A DNA stretch of 64,000 nt from contig CAVYSW010000003.1 in NCBI GenBank assembly GCA_963771275.1, forward strand, positions 1,280,001-1,344,000, written 5' to 3'. The DNA is from an uncultured Gemmatimonadales bacterium. Lineage in GTDB: Bacteria > Gemmatimonadota > Gemmatimonadetes > Gemmatimonadales > GWC2-71-9. This document shows, piece after piece, positions 19,910 through 29,383 of this stretch (within the stretch, counting starts at the first letter, position 1; every line of letters starts with the position of its first letter). The translations under genes were made by a program, and so were the position numbers. The notes under the pieces are model-generated. The model was given only the letters and a program-made list of their open reading frames with translations. It was not told where the DNA came from and made no database searches.

Positions 19910-21184
19910 CTACAACAGCCCAACCCGGTGCGCCCGCCCGATCGCCGCGATCCGCTCGGCCGGCACCCCGGCCTGGTTCGCGAGCTCGGGCCAGCGGCGC
20001 ACGGCGTCGCCCACCCGCTCGAGCACGCCCGCCCCGTCGCGCCGGAGCCCGATCGCGGCGCCGAGCGCGAGCAGGTCCGCCCGCGTGAAGCCGTCGGCCT
20101 TGCCACGCAGCGTGAGCTGGTGCGCGCGGGTGAACCCCGAGCCCCGCGCGAACGTGAGATCGTACGCCGGCGCGAGCCGCCACGCGCCGTCCCGGTCCAT
20201 CAGGAAGGCGAAGTTCTTGACGTGGTCATCCTGGTTCACGGCCACTACGTTGAACACCGCGCGACGGTACGCCTCCTCCAGCGCGGCGGGCGGGAGCCCC
20301 AGCTCCAGGCAGACGCGGAGATACTGCTCGTACGAGTAGGTCTGCGGCGCGTTGTAGTCCGCGTGCTCCAGTCCGCCGAGCGTGTGGAGGTGGATCCGCC
20401 CCGCCGCCGTGCGGTCGAACCGGCGCGAGAGAAAGTGCGCCAGCCGGCGCTCGGTGAGCAGCTGTGTCTCGGTGGTCTCGAGACCCGCGGCGCGCGCCAT
20501 GGCGTTGTAGGCGTACTCGATCCGGTTGTAGGGCTGCGACCGGGGGTTGGGGTGCTCCAGCTCGCCCACGCCGTCGAACTTGATGACCCAGGGCTCGTCA
20601 CCGGGGCGTGGGGTGGCGAAGCCGCTCCGCACCTCGTCGGTGGCGCGGTTCCACAGGATCACCGCCTTGGGCCGCGCGCCGCCGGCCGAGGCGCCGAGCT
20701 GCATGATCTCGGGCAGGGCCACGTCGCGGCGGCCCTCCACCACGCGCCGCGCCTCGCGCACGAGCCGCTGGAGCTCGAGCGCCTGCTCGGTGGCGGGCGT
20801 CGCGGGCAGGTCCGCGGGCGGCTCGAACTCCAGCGCCCCCATGGCGCGACGGCCGACGTAGAGCAGCCGCTGCACGGGGCTGAGCGCCGCGTCGGGCCGG
20901 CCCAGCCGCTCGAAGTACGCCTTGATCACCGCGTTCCCGAAGCGGTCGGGCAGCGCGTCGGCCAGCACGCCGGGCAGACCCTGGAACGCCTCGAGCCGCG
21001 CGAGCTCGGGAAACACGCTGGGCCCCACGCGGCTCAACGGCAGATGGCGCGGCGAGATCTCCCAGCCCGCGCGCGCGAACGCGGGGTCGTACTCGAAGAT
21101 CACCTGGCCCGACCCGTCTTCCGCCACGGCCCCGACCCGGCGCTCCCACAGCCGCACTTCCGCGACGACGGGCTCAGCCGCCAT
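19910..21184 (-). CDS. hipA: HipA family kinase toxin
   Basis: N-terminal couple domain LADALPDRFG; SAGGARPKA P-loop; RRFDR; NQDDHVKNF; LAPAYDL; ATG 21184 overlaps the HTH gene stop. Confidence 0.92.
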   Translation of the reverse strand: MAAEPVVAEVRLWERRVGAVAEDGSGQVIFEYDPAFARAGWEISPRHLPLSRVGPSVFPELARLEAFQGLPGVLADALPDRFGNAVIKAYFERLGRPDAALSPVQRLLYVGRRAMGALEFEPPADLPATPATEQALELQRLVREARRVVEGRRDVALPEIMQLGASAGGARPKAVILWNRATDEVRSGFATPRPGDEPWVIKFDGVGELEHPNPRSQPYNRIEYAYNAMARAAGLETTETQLLTERRLAHFLSRRFDRTAAGRIHLHTLGGLEHADYNAPQTYSYEQYLRVCLELGLPPAALEEAYRRAVFNVVAVNQDDHVKNFAFLMDRDGAWRLAPAYDLTFARGSGFTRAHQLTLRGKADGFTRADLLALGAAIGLRRDGAGVLERVGDAVRRWPELANQAGVPAERIAAIGRAHRVGLL

Positions 21185-21495
21185 CAGGGACGGACCCGCG
21201 CGCGCCGGCGCGGCGGACGACGGCGCGCGTCGAGCAGGGCGAGCGGCGACAGCACCGGCTCCGGCAGAAACGCGTCGAGCTGCTCGAGACGGTCGAGCGC
21301 GCGCAGCACGCGGAGCAGCGTCTCCAGCGTGACGTTCCGCCCGCGCTCGGCGTTCTGCAGCGTCAGCGCGGTGATGCCGGCCCGATCGGCGAGCACGCGG
21401 ATCGGCAGGTTGCGCTGGAGCCGGTACGCCCGCAACCGGCGGCCCAGCTCGGCCAGGATCTCCGGATCGGACAGGGCAGACGTGATGGGCGGCAT
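21184..21495 (-). CDS. hipB: XRE-family HTH antitoxin (HipB-like)
   Basis: LGRRLRAYRLQRNL...LADRAGI...LQNAERG..VTLETLLRVLRAL; TGATG overlap with hipA. Confidence 0.85.
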   Translation of the reverse strand: MPPITSALSDPEILAELGRRLRAYRLQRNLPIRVLADRAGITALTLQNAERGRNVTLETLLRVLRALDRLEQLDAFLPEPVLSPLALLDARRRPPRRRARVRP

Positions 21496-21520
21496 GGCAG
21501 GTCCGTCTCAGTTGAGACAG

Positions 21521-21576
21521 TGAATCAATAAAGCATATGTTATACCATGTCAACTGGTATTAGATATGTTATAATG
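21521..21576 (-). promoter_or_regulatory. AT-rich hipBA promoter/operator region
   Basis: ATATGTTATA at 21535-21544 and 21564-21573; minus strand TTGACA at 21553-21548. Confidence 0.6.
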
Positions 21577-21717
21577 AGTCAGGCATGTCGGCGCCGGTTG
21601 GACGCGGGGCGGTGCGACCGGAGTGGGGCAGGGTCGCGCCGCCGGGGCACTCGCTGCCGAGGGCCCGTGAGGGGGAGGAATGGGTTGGAGGCTACGCCCC
21701 GGGGGTGGGGGAGTTAC

Positions 21718-21954
21718 CTACTTCGCGGTGCCCCTCGGCTTCACCCTACCGTCCACGATCCGGCGGCCGAATTCCAGGCAGCGCGCGACGGCGACTTCCT
21801 CGCTGGGGTAGGTATTGGGCGCGCGGCAGCGCCGGACTCCCGTGAGACGGCCCGCCGGGGTGATGTGCACTTCGAGCGTCCAGCCGGCCGGTTGGCGCCG
21901 GAGCTTGGTGTTGGACTCGATCACGAAGCCGTTGTACTCGATGCGGTTGGTCAT
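21718..21954 (-). CDS. Small hypothetical protein
   Basis: MTNRIEYNGFVIES...FGRRIVDG; GGGGG SD-like run upstream; natural composition. Confidence 0.6.
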   Translation of the reverse strand: MTNRIEYNGFVIESNTKLRRQPAGWTLEVHITPAGRLTGVRRCRAPNTYPSEEVAVARCLEFGRRIVDGRVKPRGTAK

Positions 21955-22067
21955 TGCCCCCCCGGGGATGGTCACTGATGCCGCCGCCTTCGCGGACTCG
22001 AGCCCGCTCCGCGGCGCGCCTCGGCGCTCCTGTCTGGTCTGACTGCTCGCTCTTGGTCGGCCTCCCG

Positions 22068-22400
22068 CTACGCCCGGCGGCGGACGGCTTGCCGCGTCTT
22101 GGCCGTGCTGTGCGCCCGCTTCCCTGCCGCGCGGAACACGTGGGTCTCGAGCCAGCGCACGAACACACGATCCAGCTCGTCCTGCGACTGGCCCGGCCGG
22201 CACGGTGCGACCTCCCACCGCGTCCCGGCGCCCATAAGCCACCACGCCGGTGCGGTGGCTACCTGCCCGCGCTTTTCGTTGGCCGGCTGCCCGTCGTACG
22301 ACACGAAGTGGAACTCGCGGCCCCGATGGGTGAGACGCCGCTGCTCGACGATGTGCTTTCCCGGCCGGGGTACGGCGCCGGCGCCCGCGACGCGCGTCAC
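22068..22400 (-). CDS. Hypothetical protein
   Basis: HRGREFHFVSYDG...WWLMGAGTRW reads as a globular protein; start uncertain. Confidence 0.55.
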   Translation of the reverse strand: MTRVAGAGAVPRPGKHIVEQRRLTHRGREFHFVSYDGQPANEKRGQVATAPAWWLMGAGTRWEVAPCRPGQSQDELDRVFVRWLETHVFRAAGKRAHSTAKTRQAVRRRA

Positions 22401-22660
22401 CTGAGGCCGCCCGCTGCGTGCTTCGTGGGGAAGGTCGAAGCGCCGGAAAGGGGGCGCGGGCTCAGCGGTCGACCCCGGACTGGGGCGACAGAATGGCGCG
22501 GTGCAGTGGCTGACGCATCATGAATTGTAACCAGGGTGTCAAATGCCGACCCCGGCCCGGCGCCAAGCAGGTGTTGGCGGGGCAACGAGTTGACCCCCTC
22601 CGGCATGCCGCAGGCGGGCCGGCTTGAAGTCGAGGCCCACGGGGAGCTACTGTTGCGGCG

Positions 22661-22978
22661 ATGGGGATCCTGCTCCTGTTGATCGGCCTCGTCGCCGCGG
22701 GCTCGGGCGCCACCAAGCTCAGGGCGCGGGCCCGCGACCGGTACGGCCTCGCCCCACTCGCGCTCGTCGAGGTGACGCTGGGCGCGATCCTGATTCTCGG
22801 GTCGGCCGCGGGACTTGCGCGGGCCCGCCCGCTGGCGTGGACGGCCGTGGTGGCGGCGGTGACGGCGATCGCCGTTTCATCCGTCGTGCATCTCCGGCGG
22901 GCCCTCCGCGAGCAGGTGCGCCGCGCCGCATCGGAGGACGCCCGACTCCGGCAATACCTCGGACTCCCGCTGCGGTGA
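22661..22978 (+). CDS. Small membrane protein (about 3 TM)
   Basis: Three hydrophobic segments and a charged tail. Confidence 0.55.
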   Translation: MGILLLLIGLVAAGSGATKLRARARDRYGLAPLALVEVTLGAILILGSAAGLARARPLAWTAVVAAVTAIAVSSVVHLRRALREQVRRAASEDARLRQYLGLPLR

Positions 22979-23223
22979 TCGAGCCGCCTCGGATGGCGCC
23001 CGACAGCGGCGTCTACAGTCGCGGCTTCGTGTCCCTGGAGGGCGATCAACTCATGATCGCCGGGCAGATCAGCTTCCCCGAGCGGACGTTCGACTTTCGG
23101 AACACGTTGGCGTTCACCGCCGACGGGAAGATGACCGACCGGTGGTTCCAGAACGCGTTCGGGTCGTGGCGGGCGGGCCAGGTGATCGAGCTGACCGCCG
23201 GCCCGCCGGAAGAGCGTGACTGA
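22975..23223 (+). CDS. Short hypothetical protein or C-terminal gene fragment
   Basis: GTGA overlap with the previous gene; beta-rich sequence FDFRNTLAFTADGKMTDRWF. Confidence 0.35.
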   Translation: MIEPPRMAPDSGVYSRGFVSLEGDQLMIAGQISFPERTFDFRNTLAFTADGKMTDRWFQNAFGSWRAGQVIELTAGPPEERD

Positions 23224-23231
23224 TCCGCGGG

Positions 23232-24561
23232 CTACCGTATCCGACCGGGTGTCACCACCACAGCCAGGGTGTCGGTCGTCGGAGCCCCCGTCAGAAAGAC
23301 GAGTGTGGTATCGACAGATCCCGGCCTCGCTGGCGTGGTCGAGGGAGCGGTCGCCGGCTTCATGATGTGAAACTCCACGGGCTGCCGGAGCCGCACCGCC
23401 CGCGGCACTCCGCCCGCCATCGCGGGACGGAAGCGCAAGCTCTTCGCCACGTCGACGGCCGGTCGCTCGAACGCCTTGTGGGTGCTGCTGATCACCACAA
23501 TCGAGGCCGAGTCGACCAGGCCCGCCGCGTCCACCACGAACTCCACCATTACTTGACCCTCGATGCGCGGCTGCTCGCAGCAGCGGGGGATACGTAACGG
23601 TCCGCCGCTCAGGCGGCTGGGTGGCACATCGACCTGGGACTCGGCGAGTACCACGCCGGCGGCCCGGTCGGCGACGGGGAGCGGCGTCTCGCAGGCGAGC
23701 ACGACGAGCACGGTGCCGACGCCGGCGCCGAGCAGGGCGCGGAGCCGTCGCGTGCGCGATGGGACGGGCGTCATGTGATCGATCCTCCGTGACAAGAGAG
23801 ACGGGCGGGCGGAGAGCGCGATGGCGAGACGGCGGATCGGGGCGCGGCGCGCGACCTCGAGGAGCAGGGCGCCGTACGTTCCGGACGATCCACTCCCGGC
23901 GCGCAGCAGCCGATGATCGCAATCGAGCTCGACGCGTCCCGCAGGCGTGCACCTGCCACCAGATGGCCGGATTCCACGGGCACGCCACCGCCGCGAGCGC
24001 GGCGACGGTCAGGAGCCGGACGTCGCCGGTCTCCACGTGCTCGGCCTCATGGCGGACCGCGAGGCGACGCGCCTCGGTATCCAGTGCCGCCAGCCACGCG
24101 GGGAGGACGATCGTGGCGCGTTTGAGTCCACCCACGACCGCCGGACCCGAGTCGGCGGTCACGCACACCACGTGGCCATCGACTTCCCGCACCATGCCAT
24201 GAGCGGTTTCACGGCGCAGCGCTCGCTGTGCGAAGAGCAGGAGCAGCAGCACGACGGCGGATGCGGTCGCCCATGCCACGATCAGCGGCGTATCAAAGGA
24301 CGTGAGCCGCGGCGACGGATTCGGCACGGGCGCCGCGACGGCGCGCGCGGCGACCTGGACCGCGCCGGCGTCGCGCAGGGCCGCAGGCGGCGTCGCTGGT
24401 TGTCGCGCGAGGACCGGAAGCGTCAGTGACGTGGCGAGGGCCATGACCCAGACCCAGCGCGCCTGCCGGCGCGTCAGGCGGAGCGCCTGATCGAGCGCGA
24501 CTGCCGCACCACCCAGCAGCGCGGCGACCAGGGTTGCGTAGACCATCCAGGCGGCGATCAT
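23232..24561 (-). pseudogene. BlaR1/M56 peptidase-TonB C-terminal fusion with several frameshifts
   Basis: MIAAWMVY TM start; GPAVVG, HEAEH zinc motif, PWNPAIWW; out-of-frame ELDCD and YGALLLEV pieces; TonB-C IEGQVMVEFVVDAAGLVD. Confidence 0.8.
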
Positions 24562-24934
24562 CGTTCCAGCTCCTTCAGGCGCTCGGTCAGGCGACCGCCG
24601 CATCCGGCGCAGCTCGTCGGGCGCGATACTCTCGTCGGACACGAGCCGTGCCACCAACAGCTCCCGCGATCCCTGGAACATCTTAGTCCACCAGCCGGCG
24701 GAGCGCGCCGTCGCCCGCGTCTTCGGGACGGGTGACGGGGTGGTAGCGGAACGCCCGCCCGTCGCGCTCATGGCGAACGTGACCCTTGGCCTCGAGGGTG
24801 CGGAAGATGGTGAGCACCGTGGAGTAGTGGAGATCGTCCGGCAGGCGTTCGACGACGTCGGCGACGGTGGCGGAGCCGAGCTCCCAGACCACCGCGATGA
24901 CGTCCAACTCGCGCCGGGTGAGCGATATCGGCAT
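24558..24934 (-). pseudogene. BlaI/MecI/CopY family repressor with two frameshifts
   Basis: LTRRELDVIAVVWELGSATV, YSTVLT, LEAKGHV; an extra base near 24685 breaks LVD/KMFQGS; second slip near 24590. Confidence 0.8.
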
Positions 24935-24944
24935 GAAACCTCAA

Positions 24945-24991
24945 CTATTACTTATGTAATAGATAGTATTGCCGCGGGGGAGTCCTGTCAA
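24945..24991 (-). promoter_or_regulatory. blaI promoter and palindromic operator
   Basis: CTATTAC-TTAT-GTAATAG at 24945-24962; minus strand TTGACA (24991-24986)-N17-TACTAT (24968-24963). Confidence 0.75.
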
Positions 24992-25063
24992 GCGTGACAG
25001 GAGCGGCGGGACCGGCAGCGGCGGCAGGTTGCGGTGCCCCTCGGCGCGCGCTAGCCATTCACC

Positions 25064-25330
25064 ATGTCTCGCGCGTTCGTCAATGAAAACGCCGACGGGC
25101 CGAAGCCCCGCTTCGTGCTACCCAAGCGCGACGACCCCGGCTACGACGAGGCGGCCGCCTGGGCGCTGCTGGAGGGGGCGAACGTCGGGGACTCGCACAG
25201 CGCGCAGCTGGCGACGGGCTACGAGTGGGGTGAGCCCAGGCTCCGGCCCCACGTGGTGCGGATCCTCGCCCAGGCGCGGGAGCAGGGCAACGAGCGGCTG
25301 GAGCAGCTGGCGGAGCGGTTTCTGCGCTGA
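25064..25330 (+). CDS. Small hypothetical protein (MSRAFVNE N-terminus like some GreA/B-family proteins)
   Basis: Clean 88-aa ORF with typical GC3 codon pattern. Confidence 0.6.
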   Translation: MSRAFVNENADGPKPRFVLPKRDDPGYDEAAAWALLEGANVGDSHSAQLATGYEWGEPRLRPHVVRILAQAREQGNERLEQLAERFLR

Positions 25331-25339
25331 GCCGGGGGA

Positions 25340-25816
25340 TCAGAGCGCCTGCAGCGCGAGCACCGTCCCGATCGTTCCGAGCCAGAAGAGGAACATCCAC
25401 TTGATCAGCTCGGCCTTGAGGGAAGCCAGCTTCACATCGACCTCGGCGAAGCGCTGTTCCAGCTTCACATCGACCTCGGCGAAGCGCCGGTCCACCATTG
25501 CTTCGAGCACTGAGAACCGCCGCTCCCATTTCGCGTCGAGCGCCGAGAACTGCTGGCCCCAGCTTGATTGGAGCGCCGAAAAGCGCTGCTCCCAGTGCGT
25601 TTCAAACTCGGCGAACCGGCGCTCCAGCCGGGCGTCGGATTCGGCGAAACGCTGCTCCACCTTCGCGTCAAAACGCGCGAAGTTGACCTCGTTCAGCTCA
25701 CGCAGCTCGAAGCGGTACGTCGCGTCCACCTGATTGAACCAGTCGACCAGCTCGTTGGCGATTTCGTCCCCGAAAGTGTCGTAGAACTTCCGGGACAGCT
25801 TGGCGGTGACCGGCAT
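25340..25816 (-). CDS. DUF1640/CCDC90-like coiled-coil protein with 11-aa repeats and C-terminal TM anchor
   Basis: Repeats such as EVDVKLEQRFA; ends KAELIKWMFLFWLG; 29-bp identical copies at 25426 and 25459. Confidence 0.75.
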   Translation of the reverse strand: MPVTAKLSRKFYDTFGDEIANELVDWFNQVDATYRFELRELNEVNFARFDAKVEQRFAESDARLERRFAEFETHWEQRFSALQSSWGQQFSALDAKWERRFSVLEAMVDRRFAEVDVKLEQRFAEVDVKLASLKAELIKWMFLFWLGTIGTVLALQAL

Positions 25817-25951
25817 CCTGGCTCCGGGAATGAGGCCGGCCACCATCCTAAGCTACGCTCGGCTCGGCCGAGCAGGCAAACGGCCGCCGGGGGGGCGCAA
25901 TCCGCCGCGTTGCCGGGGCTTGTGAGCGAACCGGCGGCGGGGTCGCGAGGA

Positions 25952-27838
25952 TCAGGAGCCGCTGGGCGTGACCGGCCTCAGGTACGTCTCCAGCTCCGCC
26001 GGCCCCGCGAGGGCGTCGAGCACCGTGAACAGGGCACTCAGGTCGCGCCGGCCGATCCGCGCGGGGTCCGTGACGTCCTCGCTCAGCAGATCGCCCGCCA
26101 TGAACCGGCCGAGGTAGTAGTAGGCGCGCCACTGCGCCCCGTCGAAGAACTGGTCGGCCGTGGTTTCGTGCGGGAACGCGGGGTGGGCGGTTTTGTAGCG
26201 GAAGCTCTCGCTGTCCACGGTCTTGGGGGTCTGCGGCGCGCGGAGCGACGACTTGACGTAGACCAGCAGGCCGCGCCAGCCGCGCTGCTCGTTTCCCAGC
26301 TCGCGCACGTCCGCCACCGCGAAGTGGGCGCGCGAGAAGCCGGCCGACGGCTCGGGCCGGACGACGCGCTCGGGGTCCTGGCGGAACCGGATCACGAGAT
26401 GGAGCTCCTGCCGAGCGCGGATCACGAGGTTCTTGAGGTCGGCGAACTCGTACGCCGGGTCCGCGCCGGCGTCGAGCGCCACGATCAGCCGGCAGCGCCG
26501 GCGGAGCAGCTCGTAGACGCCGAGGTTCTCGATATTGCCGCCGTCGGATACGCTGACCCGCGCGCGGCCCGCATGCGTGCGGTTCAGCAGATCGAGCAGG
26601 TGGTAGTACGGCCACCACGGGAGCGCGGCGAGCCAGCGCGGTCCCGTGAACCCGGGGTTCCGCGCCCAGTAGCCGGTGCGGATGTCGAGCAGCGTCATCA
26701 GCGCGGCGAGCGGCTGGCCGCTCCGCGTCCCCATGGCGGGATTGAGCGCCGCGCCGGAGCACGCCAGCGCGGTGGCGAGTGTCAGGCCGCGGTACAGCTC
26801 GGCGGTGTGCGCGTAGCCGACGCGCTCGGCGCCGCAGTGGTCGGGCGAGAACAGGAAGTAGTCGCTGTGCTTGGTGCCCGCGAGTGTTCCGGATCCGGCG
26901 CCCAGCAAATTGAGGCACGCGTTCACCAGGGGATACGGCGCGTCACGCGGCGGCTCGAAGCCGAGGTCCGCGAGGCGGCGCCGGAGGGCACGCGGGCTCG
27001 CCGTCTCGAGGTACGCCTCCGCCACGCGGTCGCGGTAGAAGCGGTGCAGCGTGAGCACGTTGGGGTTGGCGAAGCAGCCGGCGACGAGCAGCACGACCGC
27101 GGCAGCGGCGGCGATCGGCCCCGCGAGCGCGAGGTCCACCCCGACGGCGCCGAGCAACGCCGGCGGCGCGAGGGCGAGCGCGACGGCGAGCAGCACGCCC
27201 TCGATCCGGTTCAAGACGTTGGACGACCAGAGCCGGAGCCACGCGAGCGGGTGGAGGAAGAAGTGGTATGCCAGGACGGCGCCCGCGGCGATCGCGAGCC
27301 ACGTGTATGCGTCGTGCAGGCCGGCGGCATCGAGCAGCCGGCCGAGCAGCCAGGCCGGACCCGCCACCAGCAGGGCGAGAAGCGCCGCGACCCACACCCA
27401 GTTCATCACGAGACTCGCGACCAGCGCGCCGATCAGACGGATGAGATTCCAGAGGCGGCGCCCCCCCGAGCCCGGCGCCAGGTAGCGGCCGTAGTCCAGC
27501 AGGCGTGTGCGGTCGCCGTCCTTGAACAGCGCGGCGAACGGATCGGCCGCGTCGTGCTGGTCCCGCAGCCGCGCGTGCACGTAGCCCCCGAGGTAGCCGC
27601 CGCCCGAAACCGTGGACAGGTAGTCGGCCAGCCGCAGCAGCCCGAACTGGTTCAGCACCTGGAGGAACCCGTAGGCCATGGTGGCCGCCCGGACCCCGCC
27701 CCCCGAGAGGGCGATACCGAACAGGTTGCCCGCATCCCGGAGCCACGACTCGTCGGGATGGGACGCGCGGCGCCGCTCGCGCAGCGCCGCGATCACGCGG
27801 GCCTCGTGGTCGAGCACGGCGGAGCGATCGAGGCTCAT
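25952..27838 (-). CDS. Membrane-embedded patatin/cPLA2-like phospholipase
   Basis: IALSGGGVRAA oxyanion loop, YLSTVSGG nucleophile, central TM bundle, VSDGGNIENLG catalytic Asp, FPHETTADQFFD; ATGA overlap with upstream gene. Confidence 0.85.
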   Translation of the reverse strand: MSLDRSAVLDHEARVIAALRERRRASHPDESWLRDAGNLFGIALSGGGVRAATMAYGFLQVLNQFGLLRLADYLSTVSGGGYLGGYVHARLRDQHDAADPFAALFKDGDRTRLLDYGRYLAPGSGGRRLWNLIRLIGALVASLVMNWVWVAALLALLVAGPAWLLGRLLDAAGLHDAYTWLAIAAGAVLAYHFFLHPLAWLRLWSSNVLNRIEGVLLAVALALAPPALLGAVGVDLALAGPIAAAAAVVLLVAGCFANPNVLTLHRFYRDRVAEAYLETASPRALRRRLADLGFEPPRDAPYPLVNACLNLLGAGSGTLAGTKHSDYFLFSPDHCGAERVGYAHTAELYRGLTLATALACSGAALNPAMGTRSGQPLAALMTLLDIRTGYWARNPGFTGPRWLAALPWWPYYHLLDLLNRTHAGRARVSVSDGGNIENLGVYELLRRRCRLIVALDAGADPAYEFADLKNLVIRARQELHLVIRFRQDPERVVRPEPSAGFSRAHFAVADVRELGNEQRGWRGLLVYVKSSLRAPQTPKTVDSESFRYKTAHPAFPHETTADQFFDGAQWRAYYYLGRFMAGDLLSEDVTDPARIGRRDLSALFTVLDALAGPAELETYLRPVTPSGS

Positions 27839-28896
27839 GGGATCCGGAGCGGGATGGTACCGAACCCGAGGTCGATGCCGAAGGTCGCGATGAGCCGCGA
27901 GCCGGGGCCGTCGGTGTCGGTGCCGATGGCCGCCGTGAGGTATCCCACGGCGGGGAGCCGGTACTCGAAGTTGCCGGTGAGCCGGCAGCCGGGCCGCTCG
28001 CCGGTGGCCCACCCGTCGCCGAACCGGCCGAGCAGCTCGCCCGAAACGACGAGGTCGTCGATGCGCCATGCGAGCCGCCCACCCAGTCCGATCAGATCGC
28101 GCGCGGTGGCGCGCTCGTGCTGGTAACGGGCGACGGCGACCAGGTCGAGCGCCGGGCGCGGCATGCGGTACATGACGGTGAGCCAGCCGCCCGCGAGCCC
28201 GACGCTGCCGGAATCGGTGCGATTGCCGGGGAAGTCGAGCGTCATCGCGCCCGCGGCCTCGATGATCCACCCGACCCGCTCGGTATCGAGCCGTTGGATC
28301 TCGAGCGCCGCCTCGGCGGCTCGGGCGTCGAGCGTGTCGAGCTGCCGCTCCAGCCGCTCGCGCGTCGCGTCGTCCGTCGCCTCCTCGCGGTCGAGCGTGA
28401 CGCGGTTGGCGGCCGCCTGGATGGCTTGCAGCCCGCGCACCGCCTGGGCGAGCGTGGGGTGGGCGCGGCCCGCGAGCAGGAGCGTGCGGAGCCCGAGCCC
28501 CACCGCCGTGCCCGTGGCGGCGGTATCCCCCATCTGGCTCAGCGGGACGGTGGCGAGCGAGAGCGATGTGGTCTGCAGCATGCCCTGCAGGAACCCGGGC
28601 GCGTAGTACGACTCGAACGTCAGGCCGGGGTGCGGCGCCAGCCAGTAGGGCGCGAGCTCGAGCGCGTAGTCGTGGGGGAGGAGATCCTCCGCGCCGCTCG
28701 CCGCGAAAAGTGAGACGGCGAAAGCGCTCGGCGCCGTGGGGCGCTCGACCACCGACGGTGCCACGCCCAGCAGGATGAGCGCGGGCGCCGCCGGCGTGCG
28801 CAGCTGGCGCAGCGTGAGGCCGGTGGCGTCCTGCTGCGCGCCCGCGGGCATCGCCGCCACGAGTAGCAGCGCAATCGCGGCGAGGGCGCGCATCAT
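27835..28896 (-). CDS. Secreted protein, probable outer-membrane beta-barrel with a coiled-coil insertion
   Basis: Signal peptide ending AGAQ; helical segment LERQLDTLDARAAE; alternating beta strands toward the C-terminus (LIATFGIDLGF). Confidence 0.6.
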   Translation of the reverse strand: MMRALAAIALLLVAAMPAGAQQDATGLTLRQLRTPAAPALILLGVAPSVVERPTAPSAFAVSLFAASGAEDLLPHDYALELAPYWLAPHPGLTFESYYAPGFLQGMLQTTSLSLATVPLSQMGDTAATGTAVGLGLRTLLLAGRAHPTLAQAVRGLQAIQAAANRVTLDREEATDDATRERLERQLDTLDARAAEAALEIQRLDTERVGWIIEAAGAMTLDFPGNRTDSGSVGLAGGWLTVMYRMPRPALDLVAVARYQHERATARDLIGLGGRLAWRIDDLVVSGELLGRFGDGWATGERPGCRLTGNFEYRLPAVGYLTAAIGTDTDGPGSRLIATFGIDLGFGTIPLRIP

Positions 28897-29243
28897 CCGA
28901 CGAAGTCGAACCGCGCGGTGTAGTGGATCGAGCCGCCTTCTTCCTCGACGTCCGCCGTGGTGTCAAACACGGCCGGTTCCGGCCCGCCCGACAGGACGTA
29001 GCGCACGGACGTGCGGTTGGTGAGCCGCTGCACGTCGGTCACGGTGGTCGCGACCCGGAGCCGCCGCCCGACGAGCGCGGGTCCGGCGCCGATCACGAGC
29101 ATGGCGATGGCGCCCGACGCGACGTCCTTGTCGTCGAGCCGGACGAGGGACGTGCCGATCTGGCCCTGGCCGACGACAATGCGGAGGGTCACGTCGGCGT
29201 CAGTCACGCGGTATTCACCCTGGAGGCGCTTCAGCCGAGGCAT
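28893..29243 (-). CDS. Small all-beta hypothetical protein
   Basis: 116-aa ORF from ATG 29243, preceded by TATGCT-N6; ATGA overlap with the next gene. Confidence 0.65.
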   Translation of the reverse strand: MPRLKRLQGEYRVTDADVTLRIVVGQGQIGTSLVRLDDKDVASGAIAMLVIGAGPALVGRRLRVATTVTDVQRLTNRTSVRYVLSGGPEPAVFDTTADVEEEGGSIHYTARFDFVG

Positions 29244-29383
29244 GCGCCTAGCATACGCCCGGCCGCGGAATCCGGCCAGAGGACCTTGCAGGGCGGCCGG
29301 CAGCGTGCCATTGTGGCGAGCGGCAGGTCGGCGGCCCAGACACTCGACCACGCCACCGCGCAATCACACCAGGGGAGGGGTCC

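Noticed and set aside
22462..24771. Single 769-aa ORF from the track
   Set aside because: It is a patchwork of the blaI tail, the M56 N-terminus and out-of-frame sequence created by frameshifts
25952..27838. CBASS or other named defence system
   Set aside because: No CD-NTase, Cap2/Cap3 or other recognisable defence core genes are adjacent
25952..28966. 1004-aa ORF as the phospholipase
   Set aside because: The first ~375 codons are low-complexity shadow of the upstream gene; the real start is the ATGA-coupled ATG at 27838
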